Origin: Chloroflexota bacterium
GTDB lineage: Bacteria; Chloroflexota; Dehalococcoidia; Bin125
Length of the DNA stretch: 64,000 nt
Assembly: GCA_028873865.1 (NCBI GenBank)
Contig: JAPPNI010000026.1
Span: forward strand, 55,180-119,179
Direction of reading: 5' to 3'
Part shown: piece after piece, positions 19,978-28,312 of the stretch
Position numbering within the stretch: the first letter of the stretch is position 1
Layout of the letters: the number at the start of each line of letters is the position of its first letter
The notes under the pieces: generated by a model
Told to the model about the DNA's origin: nothing
Databases searched by the model: none
The model's input: only the letters and a program-made list of their open reading frames with translations
Made by a program: the position numbers and the translations under genes

Positions 19978-21160
19978 TGTCGGGCAGCGGATCGAGCGCG
20001 GCCGAGGCGATGACTTCCAGGCCGCGAGGGGTGATCGGCGGGTTGTGGAGCGGGCCTCGGACGTCCCGGTAGTAGCGCTCGAGCGGCTGCGATCGATGCA
20101 GTGAGATGCCGCCGACCAGCCTCATGCAGCGATCGACGATGTCGACGGCGGTGTCGCCGGTGTAGAGCTTGGTCGCGGCGACGCGGGGGCCGAGCTTGAA
20201 TCGGGACTCGGCGTCGAGCCGATCCCAGGCTGATGCGGTTTCGTGCAGGAGCGCCCGGGCCGACATAATCCGCAGGTCGATCTCGCCGACCTGGGCACGC
20301 ACGGTCGGGAGGCTGCCGATGACGCCGGGCGCGCCGGCGGGCCGGCGATTGCGGGCGAACTCGACCGTGTAGTCGCGGGCGGCTTCGGCGACGCCGAGCG
20401 ACGCGGCGGAGACGAGCAGCGCGAACCAGGCGAAGTCCCCGTGCCGTTGTCCGGCCTGGGCCGGATCCTGTCGGACGAGGAATTCGTCGTCGGTGATCGC
20501 CACGTTCTCGAACCAGACATCGTGCGAGCCGGTCGAGCGCAGTCCGACCACGTCCCAGGTTTCTTCGATTCGCAGTCCGGGGGAGTCGCGGTGGACGGCG
20601 ACCCGGGCGAGCATGCCGGAGCCGTCCTCGATCGCGCAATAGGTGAGGAACCAGGTGAGGTCGGGCGCGAGCGTGGTGAAGGATTTGCGGCCGTTGATGC
20701 GCCAGCAGCCGGGTCCGTCGGGGGTGAGCGCGGTTTGCGGCCGGCCGCCGCCCTGAGGGGAGCCAAGTTCCGGCTCACTGGCGACCTGGTTGCAGAGCGC
20801 GCCGTCTTCGACGACAGAGCGGAAGATGCGGGCCCGGAGTTGCTCCGGCCAGGTGCGGTTGGAGCGCTCGGAGCCGACCGACATCAGGTGCATGCCGCAG
20901 GAGAAGGCGAGGGCCATGTCGACCCTGGCCAGTGCGGTCTGAGCGGCGACGAGATCGGCCAGCGAGCACTCCTCGCCGCCGTACTCGCGTGGGATCGGCG
21001 CCGAGATCCAGCCGATCTCCCGCAAGAGGTTGAACGAGGCGAAGGGGAAGCTCGAGTCGCGGTCGTGCGCCTGCGCACGCTGCGAGAGGAACTCGAGATG
21101 GGGTTCGAGCCGTCCGATGAGCGCTCGCCCGGCGTCGTGCGATGGGGGCAAGGGCGGCAT
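19967..21160 (-). CDS. Acyl-CoA dehydrogenase family protein
   Basis: SEPELGS, INGRKSFTT, WD.VGLRSTGSH, LERYYRDVR. Confidence 0.88.
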   Translation of the reverse strand: MPPLPPSHDAGRALIGRLEPHLEFLSQRAQAHDRDSSFPFASFNLLREIGWISAPIPREYGGEECSLADLVAAQTALARVDMALAFSCGMHLMSVGSERSNRTWPEQLRARIFRSVVEDGALCNQVASEPELGSPQGGGRPQTALTPDGPGCWRINGRKSFTTLAPDLTWFLTYCAIEDGSGMLARVAVHRDSPGLRIEETWDVVGLRSTGSHDVWFENVAITDDEFLVRQDPAQAGQRHGDFAWFALLVSAASLGVAEAARDYTVEFARNRRPAGAPGVIGSLPTVRAQVGEIDLRIMSARALLHETASAWDRLDAESRFKLGPRVAATKLYTGDTAVDIVDRCMRLVGGISLHRSQPLERYYRDVRGPLHNPPITPRGLEVIASAALDPLPDITS

Positions 21161-21180
21161 CGGCGGTTCGGGCGGGTTGA

Positions 21181-21498
21181 CTAGAGCACGTCGCGCAGGC
21201 GCTTCAGCGCTCGCACGCGGACCTTGCCGCGGTCGAGGGCCGGGCGCGCGGCGATGGTGATCGTCTCGCCGGTCGCCGGGTTGCGGCCCTGCCGTTCCGG
21301 ACGTTCGGTCTGGGGGACGATGTCCACCTTGACGAGACCGGCCATGGTGACGGAGCCGGGGCCGCCGGTGGAGAGGTCTTCCAGCACTATTTCGGCAAGG
21401 GCGTCCAATACCTCATTGACATCTGAGCTGCGGATATCCGTCTTGACCTCGATCGCCTTGGCCATCTGCGCCTTGGTCTTTGGCTTGGCGTCCGTCAT
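21181..21498 (-). CDS. HU-family DNA-binding protein
   Basis: TKAQMAKAI, RQGRNPATGETITIAA; purine-rich RBS upstream. Confidence 0.88.
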   Translation of the reverse strand: MTDAKPKTKAQMAKAIEVKTDIRSSDVNEVLDALAEIVLEDLSTGGPGSVTMAGLVKVDIVPQTERPERQGRNPATGETITIAARPALDRGKVRVRALKRLRDVL

Positions 21499-21760
21499 CG
21501 TCACCCTCTTTCCTTTGCGTTTGGCAATCTCGTCCGCTTTGACTGTTTACGTAGTGTTATGGCCAATCTCACAAGAGGCAACCGGCTAACAGGCAGTCTT
21601 GCGTTGCGGTTACAGACTGGTCGTGACGTGGCGCGGCGGATAACGGGTGGGTGTCGGTGGGCGAGGCGAGGGGGACGGCGGCGCTGCGCTCGATGATCGA
21701 GGTCTGGGCTTCGCGTCAAGCGCAGGGCATCGGATATCAGTCCGGGCGACGCGGAGGGTG

Positions 21761-22456
21761 CTAGCCCGCGGCTTCGGCGTAGATGCGTCCTGCTGGCCCC
21801 CCTTCGTCGGTGTTGGGGTCGGTGAGTTGGTCGAGGAAGTGGAGGATTTGCTCGGGGGATTGGCCCTTGAGGTGGGGGAAGTGCTGGACGGCTTCCTCGA
21901 TCAGGGCGTCCTGGTCGGGTTCGGGGGGAATTTTTTCTGCTGGGGCCTCGGATTGGACGATCTCCTGCTGTGGACTGGAGATCGTGGAATGGGGCTGGTC
22001 AGGTTTGGTTAATTCTGGCGTGGTTTTGACAGGTTTCGGCTGTTCCTGGGGTTGTTCCTGGTAGAGATCGGGTTGATCGGGGCGTTGCTCGGCTCGCTGG
22101 TGGACCTGCTGGACGGTGCGGCGGATCTCGCGGGCGAGGGCGTTGAGCCGGGTTTCCTGGTGGTCGCGGGCCTTGAGGTATTCGGGGGCGGTGAGGCGGG
22201 CGGCGTTGTCGGCGACTTCGTCGTTTTTGAGGGCGAGTGCGAGCCGGAGTTGGAGCAGGTGGAGCGACTCGAGCAGCAGGTCGTCGGCGGCCGGGGCGGC
22301 GATCTGGCTCCAGTGGGTCTCGACCAGCTGGAGGTCGTCGCGCACGGTGGCGCGGGAGACATCCATCTGCTCGGCGATCTGTCGCTGGGAGAGGCCGCGC
22401 TGGGCGAGGTAGTGGGCGCGCATGGCGCGCCGTCGGCGCCTGGGGGCGATGTGCAT
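21761..22456 (-). CDS. Orphan HTH protein, copy 1 of the duplicated cassette
   Basis: GLSQRQIAEQMDVSRATVRDDL HTH; AAAGGA RBS; paralog at 60513..61196. Confidence 0.8.
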   Translation of the reverse strand: MHIAPRRRRRAMRAHYLAQRGLSQRQIAEQMDVSRATVRDDLQLVETHWSQIAAPAADDLLLESLHLLQLRLALALKNDEVADNAARLTAPEYLKARDHQETRLNALAREIRRTVQQVHQRAEQRPDQPDLYQEQPQEQPKPVKTTPELTKPDQPHSTISSPQQEIVQSEAPAEKIPPEPDQDALIEEAVQHFPHLKGQSPEQILHFLDQLTDPNTDEGGPAGRIYAEAAG

Positions 22457-22474
22457 GGTTCGTCCTTTCGTGCG

Positions 22475-22512
22475 ATACGCATGTTCTGCCACTATAGGGA
22501 ATGAGTGTTCGG
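22475..22512 (-). promoter_or_regulatory. TATAGT -10 element flanked by two imperfect GAAC-N4-GTTC-like boxes
   Basis: Minus strand CCGAACactcATTCcc-TATAGT-ggcaGAACatgcGTAT. Confidence 0.45.
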
Positions 22513-22550
22513 TGTTGTGCGTCGTGGTTGACGGAGGGCGGGCGGGGGCA

Positions 22551-22576
22551 CGCCCCCGCCTACGCGGGGGCGACTT
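22551..22576 (-). repeat. REP-like hairpin
   Basis: AAGT-CGCCCCCGC-GTAG-GCGGGGGCG, perfect 9-bp stem; truncated homolog at 60290..60310. Confidence 0.7.
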
Positions 22577-22639
22577 CTTGATTGGATTGTGCGCAGGTCT
22601 CGATAGGGAGTGGGCGGGAGTATTCGAGGTTGGGGAGGG

Positions 22640-23521
22640 TTAGGTGAGGGATTCGGCGGGGAGGGTGGCGGCGACGAGGTCGATTGCCGTGGCGAGTTTT
22701 CGTTCTCCGACGAAGGGTGAGTTGCCGTAGAGCGGACCGATGGCCTCGACCGCCTCCAGAGTGGTGAGGCCGGTGGTGATCAGGGCGAAGGACTCCCGCT
22801 CGGCTCGTTGGGCGACGTAGGGGAGGGTCGGTTCGCCGCCGGCGAGGATCAGGCAGAGCGGCTCGTAGTCGAGCGCGCCGAGCGCGATATCGATCCGGTC
22901 GTGGCGGGTGATCAGGGTCTTGTCCGGGTACTTGCGGAAGTAGTCCATGCCCTCGTGCGCGCTGACCGGACCGATGACGAGGTCTTTCGAGGCTTCGTCG
23001 AAGAGTTCGGCGTCGCCGGAGAGCTGGCCGTCGAGCGCAGGCGCGATGTCGCGCACGGTTGGCGCGGCGAGATGCCGATCCTGGGGGATGGCCGCGACCG
23101 CGTTGCCACCGAGGCCCGAGATGCGCTCCAGCGTGGCGGGTCCGCCGGTTGGCGGCACGCCGTTGACGATGACTGCATCTGGTTGGAGCTCGGCGAGGGC
23201 TCGCGCGACGGTGTCGTCATCGGCCTCGCCGTGTCGCACGACCAACACGGTTTGGTCTGCCTCGAGGGTGTGGCCTGAAGATGCTTCGATCACCGTGTGG
23301 TCGGTGTCGTTGAGGATGTCTGCCGGCCCGACGGCTTCGGAGCTGCCTCGAACTCCGTTGACCCGGCTCAACTGCTGCGCGTCCGTCTGCGCGGAATCGG
23401 CGTCGTCGATGCGCACGAGCCGCACGGTTCCACCAGTCGCGCGGAGGGCGGAGGCGATGCCGGCGGCGACGACCGACTTGCCGTCTCCAGCCAGGGTGGA
23501 AGTGACGAGGATTCGGGTCAC
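22640..23521 (-). CDS. BioD-like/DRTGG domain protein (phosphotransacetylase N-terminal-like)
   Basis: ILVTSTLAGDGKS P-loop; LITRHDR.DI.LGAL...CLILAGG DRTGG-like region. Confidence 0.75.
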   Translation of the reverse strand: MTRILVTSTLAGDGKSVVAAGIASALRATGGTVRLVRIDDADSAQTDAQQLSRVNGVRGSSEAVGPADILNDTDHTVIEASSGHTLEADQTVLVVRHGEADDDTVARALAELQPDAVIVNGVPPTGGPATLERISGLGGNAVAAIPQDRHLAAPTVRDIAPALDGQLSGDAELFDEASKDLVIGPVSAHEGMDYFRKYPDKTLITRHDRIDIALGALDYEPLCLILAGGEPTLPYVAQRAERESFALITTGLTTLEAVEAIGPLYGNSPFVGERKLATAIDLVAATLPAESLT

Positions 23522-23680
23522 GCGGCGCTCCGGTTCCTGAAGGGCTGTCTCGGAAAGAGTAGACCCAGCGTCGGCTAGGCGCAGTCCACGCTGGCTAGAC
23601 TGGACGCGCCGGGTCCGGCGACCTGACGTAGGGACGGACGGCTTGACGTGGGGTCTGACGACTGGAGTGGAGCGCGCGGG

Positions 23681-23911
23681 ATGTCAGAGAATCGACCAGT
23701 CGGCGGCGATGCCTGGCCGCCGCCCGCGCCCGATTCTCCGCAGGCGCGCCGCCGCCGCCCGCCGCCCGAGCGGCATGCTCACTGGATCGACCACGACAAT
23801 CGCGCGGACGAGCCGCGCGAGGACGCTCCGCGTCTGCTCTGGTGGATCCTCGGGGCATTGCTGATCTTCGGTGTGTCATCGGTGCTGATCCGGATGTTCC
23901 TGGTTCTGTAG
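23681..23911 (+). CDS. Small hypothetical membrane protein
   Basis: ATG at 23681; C-terminal TM LLWWILGALLIFGVSSVLIRMFLVL. Confidence 0.5.
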   Translation: MSENRPVGGDAWPPPAPDSPQARRRRPPPERHAHWIDHDNRADEPREDAPRLLWWILGALLIFGVSSVLIRMFLVL

Positions 23912-24011
23912 ACCACCAATCACAGACCTTCGGTATCTTGGCTGTTAGTCCCCGCTCTGAGTGGGGGAGCTATTGGCATGTCGGTCGGAGCTGGCGGATC
24001 GGAGCATCGAT

Positions 24012-26489
24012 ATGACGAGTGAGGCGTCGGACACGCTGTTGGGCGGAGTGCGGGTGATCGACCTGGCGACCTCGCGGGCGGAGATGACCGGCCGGGTGCT
24101 CGCCGACATGGGCGCTGAGGTGATCAAGGTTGAGCCGCCGTGGGGGACGCCGTCGCGCGAGATGCCGCCGTTCAGCGACGAGGACCCTGATCGGTCGCTC
24201 TACTGGGCGGCGATGGGGCTGGGCAAACACAGCGTGATCATCGATTTGGACGACGAGCAGGGCCGAGCGGACTTCCGGGCATTGCTCGCCACGGCCGACG
24301 TCCTGATCGAGTCGTTCGATCCGGGCACGATGGCCGGCTGGGGTCTGGGTTATGAGGATGTCAAGGATGGACATCCTGACCTGATCTATGTGTCGGTTAC
24401 GCCTTACGGTCAGGACGGACCGTGGGCCGATCGGCCGGCGACGGAGTTGACGATTGAGTCGGCGGGCGGACTGGTCGGGTTGCAGGGCGAGGGCGATCGA
24501 CCGCCGGTGCCGGTGGGATATCCGCAGGCGGCGATTCACGCCGGCGTGCAGGCGGCGGCGGATACGTCGATTGCGCTGCGCGAGCGGGATCTGTCCGGAA
24601 GGGGACAGCATCTCGACGTCTCGATGCAGGCGGCGATCGTCTGGACTTTGATGCACGCGACCGGTTTTCCGCCGAACACGGGGGGCGATCCTCCCGGTAC
24701 GTGCGCCGATCGGGCGGTGTCGGCGCCGGAAGGTCCAGCGGTGTTTCCGATCCACCGCTGCGCCGACGGGTACGTGACGTTCAATATCGTCCCGGGCGGA
24801 CTGGGGCTTCGGCATTCGACGAAGGTGCTGAAGTGGATCGCGGAATGCGGCGAGTTGACGGGCGAGTTGGAGGGCGCGGACATCGACGAATGGGCGGCTG
24901 AGCTGGGGCGATCCGCGATGGAGGATCCGGCCAAGGCGGGTCGGATGATGGTCGAGGCCAACGTCAACCTGCATGAGTTCGTGGCCAAGCGGACGATGGC
25001 GGAGTGCTATGCGCGGGCGGTGAAGGACGGGTTCATGCTGGCGCCGCTCTACACGGTGGAGGACATCGCCAAGGACAAGCATCTGGAGGCGCGGGAATAC
25101 TGGGTGGAGCTGGAGGGCAAGCGCTATCCGGGACCGTTTGCGAAGCTGTCGGAGACGCCGCTGCAGTTGATCCGACCGGCTCCGACGCTGGGGCAGGATC
25201 AACATCTGTTGGCCGAGGTTGGAAGGGCACCCAAGCGTTCGGCTCCACCGCCCAGGTCATCGAATGGGGCCCGGGGCGAAGAGGGCGGCGCGTTGAGCGG
25301 CGTTAAGATCGCCGACTTCGCCTGGGTTGGGGTGGGGCCGTTGATCTCGAAGTCGATGGCCGACCACGGCGCGATGGTGGTCCACATCGAGTCGGCGACA
25401 CGTCCCGACGTGCTGCGGCTGGCGCCTCCATTCAAGGACAACGTTCCCGGAATGGACCGCGCCCAGTTCATGGCCAACTTCAACTCGTCCAAACTTGGCG
25501 TTGCGCTGCGGCTCGACACCGAGCAGGGGTTGTCCTACGCCAGGCAACTGGTCGACTGGGCCGACGTGGTGGTGGAGTCGTTTACGCCAGGCACGCTGAA
25601 GCGGTTCGGTCTGGACTACGCGACGCTGAGCGCGGAACGTCCCGAGATCATCATGCTCAGCACTTGCCTGCGCGGGCAGTGGGGTCCGGAATCGAGCTAT
25701 GCAGGATTTGGCTTGCAGGGCGCTTGCCTGTCCGGCTTGCACCGGATTACGGGTTGGCCCGACCGCCAGCCGTCGGGCACGTGGGGCGCGTACACCGATT
25801 TCATCAATCCGCGTTTCGGTTCCGGCGTGCTCGCCGCGGCGATTCGTTACCGCGACCAAACGGGTCGTGGCCAGTACATCGACCTGGCGCAGACCGAGGC
25901 TGGCATCCACTTCGGCGCTCCCTTGCTGCTCGACTACTTCGAGAACGGAAGGATCGCCGAGGCGCCGGGGCACGGCTCGCTGTACGCCGCGCCCAACGGC
26001 GTGTTCCGCGTGGGAGACGAGGAGCGCTACGTGGCGATCGCGACCGAGACGGCCGAGCAGTGGCGAGCGTTACGTGACGCGACCGGCCTTGAGAACTGGT
26101 CGGGCAGTGAGTATGACGATCTCGCGGCGCGCATCTCGGCCAAGGCGGAGATCGAGGCGACACTGGCTGCGTGGTGCGCGCCGCAGTCCGCTGATGCGGT
26201 GGTCGGTGCGCTCACGGCGGCGGGTGTACCGGCCTCGATGGTCGAGTGGCCCTCGGATCTCTACGAGGATCCTCAGCTCACGCATCGAGAGTTCTTTGTC
26301 ACGCTCGATCACTCGGTCATGGGACCGACGCCGTATGACGGTCTGGTGACCAGGTTCTCCGGCGGGACAGCGCGCTTGCGACGGGCCGCGCCGGCGATCG
26401 GTGAGCACACGCACCAGGTGCTCTCGGAGATCCTGTCTGTGCCCGACGATGAGATTACCGATGCGCTCGTCGCCGGAGCGCTGCAGTAG
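24012..26489 (+). CDS. Fused two-domain CaiB/BaiF CoA-transferase
   Basis: Two successive family III domains (LGGVRVIDL...ADMGAEVIKVEP; LSGVKIADFAW...NSSKLG). Confidence 0.9.
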   Translation: MTSEASDTLLGGVRVIDLATSRAEMTGRVLADMGAEVIKVEPPWGTPSREMPPFSDEDPDRSLYWAAMGLGKHSVIIDLDDEQGRADFRALLATADVLIESFDPGTMAGWGLGYEDVKDGHPDLIYVSVTPYGQDGPWADRPATELTIESAGGLVGLQGEGDRPPVPVGYPQAAIHAGVQAAADTSIALRERDLSGRGQHLDVSMQAAIVWTLMHATGFPPNTGGDPPGTCADRAVSAPEGPAVFPIHRCADGYVTFNIVPGGLGLRHSTKVLKWIAECGELTGELEGADIDEWAAELGRSAMEDPAKAGRMMVEANVNLHEFVAKRTMAECYARAVKDGFMLAPLYTVEDIAKDKHLEAREYWVELEGKRYPGPFAKLSETPLQLIRPAPTLGQDQHLLAEVGRAPKRSAPPPRSSNGARGEEGGALSGVKIADFAWVGVGPLISKSMADHGAMVVHIESATRPDVLRLAPPFKDNVPGMDRAQFMANFNSSKLGVALRLDTEQGLSYARQLVDWADVVVESFTPGTLKRFGLDYATLSAERPEIIMLSTCLRGQWGPESSYAGFGLQGACLSGLHRITGWPDRQPSGTWGAYTDFINPRFGSGVLAAAIRYRDQTGRGQYIDLAQTEAGIHFGAPLLLDYFENGRIAEAPGHGSLYAAPNGVFRVGDEERYVAIATETAEQWRALRDATGLENWSGSEYDDLAARISAKAEIEATLAAWCAPQSADAVVGALTAAGVPASMVEWPSDLYEDPQLTHREFFVTLDHSVMGPTPYDGLVTRFSGGTARLRRAAPAIGEHTHQVLSEILSVPDDEITDALVAGALQ

Positions 26490-26565
26490 CCGGCTGGGAC
26501 AGCCACTGTTCCGACATTGGGGCGTTTGGGCACCAAGTTGACGCTAGGCGGAAGGTGGTGGAAAC

Positions 26566-26600
26566 GGCGAGATACCCGCGGCAAGCGCGGGTATGACGGA
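26566..26600 (-). repeat. REP-like palindrome
   Basis: Minus strand TCCGTCATACCCGCGCTTGCCGCGGGTATCTCGCC; 33/35 identical to 60352..60386. Confidence 0.85.
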
Positions 26601-26663
26601 TCTGATTGAGGCGACCATCATCTAAACTGCCTGCGTAACGCGGCACTGGGAAGGACTTCAGAT

Positions 26664-27845
26664 ATGGGTAACCGCACGATGCGCGGCGAAGTAGCGATCA
26701 TCGGCGTCGGGGAGACGACGTACTACAAGCGCGGTCGCTCGCCGGATCCCGAGTTCAAGCTCGTGATCGAGGCGATCCTCAAGGCCAGCGCCGACGCGGG
26801 GATCGACCCGCGTGAGATTGATGGCTTTGCCTCGTACTCCAACGACCGCAATGACCCGTCGCGGATCGCGGCGGCGCTTGACATCAAGGATCTGCGCTTC
26901 TCCAACATGGAATGGGGCGGAGGCGGTGGCGGCGGCTCAGCGGCCTGCGCTCACGCGGCGTCGGCAGTGGCGACCGGCCTGGCCGACACCGTGGTCGTCT
27001 TCCGCGGACTGGCGCAGGGACAGTTCGGCCGCTTCGGTCAGGGCGCTCGCGTACCGCACGTGCGCGGCGACCAGGCTTATACGGCGCCGTACGGGTTGAT
27101 GTCGCCGGCGCAGTCGTTCGCCATGCGGATTCATCGCTTGTACGAGGACCATGGCATCACCCAGGACACGCTCAAGGCGTGCTCGCTGGCTTCCTATCAC
27201 CACGCGCAGAACAACCCGCGCGCGGTCATGTACGGCCGTCCGCTGACGCCTGAGGACTACGACGCCTCGCGTTGGATCGTGGAGCCGTTCCACCTGTTCG
27301 ACTGCTGCCAGGAGAATGACGGCGCGGCGGCGATGATCTTCGTCTCGGCCGACCGGGCCAAGGACTACGCGAAGACGCCGGTGTACTTCCTCGGCGGCGC
27401 GGTCGGCTCCGGCAACCGCGCCGGCTCCGGGTCGCACAACGCGACGGACTACGCGACTTCCAACTTCAAGACGGTGGCGCCGCGCATGTACGACATGGCG
27501 CAGGTCAAGCCGGAAGAGGTCGACGTGGCGCAGGTCTACGAGAACTTCACCGGCGGCGTGGTGATGAGCATCATCGAGCATGGCCTGACGACTTACGAAG
27601 AGGCGAACGAGTTCATCACGTTCGAGAACCTGACGGCGCCGAACGGCAAGATGCCGATCAACACGAGCGGCGGCAACCTGGCCGAGTGCTACATGCATGG
27701 TCTGGAACTGAACATCGAGGCCGTGCGCCAGGTGCGCGGCGAATCCTGCAACCAGGTCGACGACGTGAACGTCTCGCTGGTCGCGTCGGGTCCGATGGTG
27801 ACCCCGGTGTCCGACATGATCGTCGGTTCTGAGGCGGTGCTCTAA
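26664..27845 (+). CDS. Thiolase-fold protein (Ltp2/SCP-x-like)
   Basis: AIIGVGET, DCCQENDGA, VYENFT, NTSGGNLAECYMHG; Gly run in place of the thiolase Cys. Confidence 0.85.
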   Translation: MGNRTMRGEVAIIGVGETTYYKRGRSPDPEFKLVIEAILKASADAGIDPREIDGFASYSNDRNDPSRIAAALDIKDLRFSNMEWGGGGGGGSAACAHAASAVATGLADTVVVFRGLAQGQFGRFGQGARVPHVRGDQAYTAPYGLMSPAQSFAMRIHRLYEDHGITQDTLKACSLASYHHAQNNPRAVMYGRPLTPEDYDASRWIVEPFHLFDCCQENDGAAAMIFVSADRAKDYAKTPVYFLGGAVGSGNRAGSGSHNATDYATSNFKTVAPRMYDMAQVKPEEVDVAQVYENFTGGVVMSIIEHGLTTYEEANEFITFENLTAPNGKMPINTSGGNLAECYMHGLELNIEAVRQVRGESCNQVDDVNVSLVASGPMVTPVSDMIVGSEAVL

Positions 27846-28303
27846 TGGCGAATCCCGGAGCGTACTACCTGGGCGAGGGCATGCCCGCGCCCGCGCCTGC
27901 GATCGACGGGCTCGATACCGAATACTGGGAGGCGGTCAAGCGGCACGAGTTGCTCGTGCAGAACTGCAATACATGCGACCGTCCCCAATTTGGCCCAGAG
28001 TGGAACTGCCATCGCTGCCACTCCTTCGACCTTGGCTGGAAGCCGGTCGAAGGCAACGGTCGGATCTATTCGTGGGAGCGCGTCTGGCACCCGGTGCATC
28101 CGGCGCTGCAAGACTCGTGCCCTTACCTCGTCGTCCTGGTCGAGTTGCCGAACCACGAGAACGTGCGGATGGTCGGCAACCTTGTCGGCGACCCGATGCA
28201 GACGGTCGAGATCGGCGCGGAAGTTCAGCCTGTCTTTGAGGACCACGAGGGAAGCGACGAAGTCGACCCGTTCACCCTGGTTCACTGGGAAGTGGTCGAG
28301 TAG
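27845..28303 (+). CDS. DUF35 Zn-ribbon/OB-fold protein
   Basis: CNTC...CHRC, G.IYSW, PY.V.LVEL; coupled to the thiolase-like gene. Confidence 0.88.
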   Translation: MANPGAYYLGEGMPAPAPAIDGLDTEYWEAVKRHELLVQNCNTCDRPQFGPEWNCHRCHSFDLGWKPVEGNGRIYSWERVWHPVHPALQDSCPYLVVLVELPNHENVRMVGNLVGDPMQTVEIGAEVQPVFEDHEGSDEVDPFTLVHWEVVE

Positions 28304-28312
28304 CCGGGTCCT

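Larger units (their letters stand above)
21719..22576 (-). repeat. Dispersed repeat cassette copy 1 (inverted relative to 60290..61241)
   Basis: Shared REP-like leader, promoter, CDS and downstream TCCGATGYCCTGCGCT. Confidence 0.9.

Noticed and set aside
21761-22456. Calling the duplicated HTH gene an IS transposase
   Set aside because: No catalytic motif, terminal inverted repeats or target-site duplication detected.
26640-26660. CACTGGGAAGG resembling part of a cobalamin riboswitch
   Set aside because: Other conserved riboswitch elements are not visible and there is no room for them; AAGGA is explained as the RBS.
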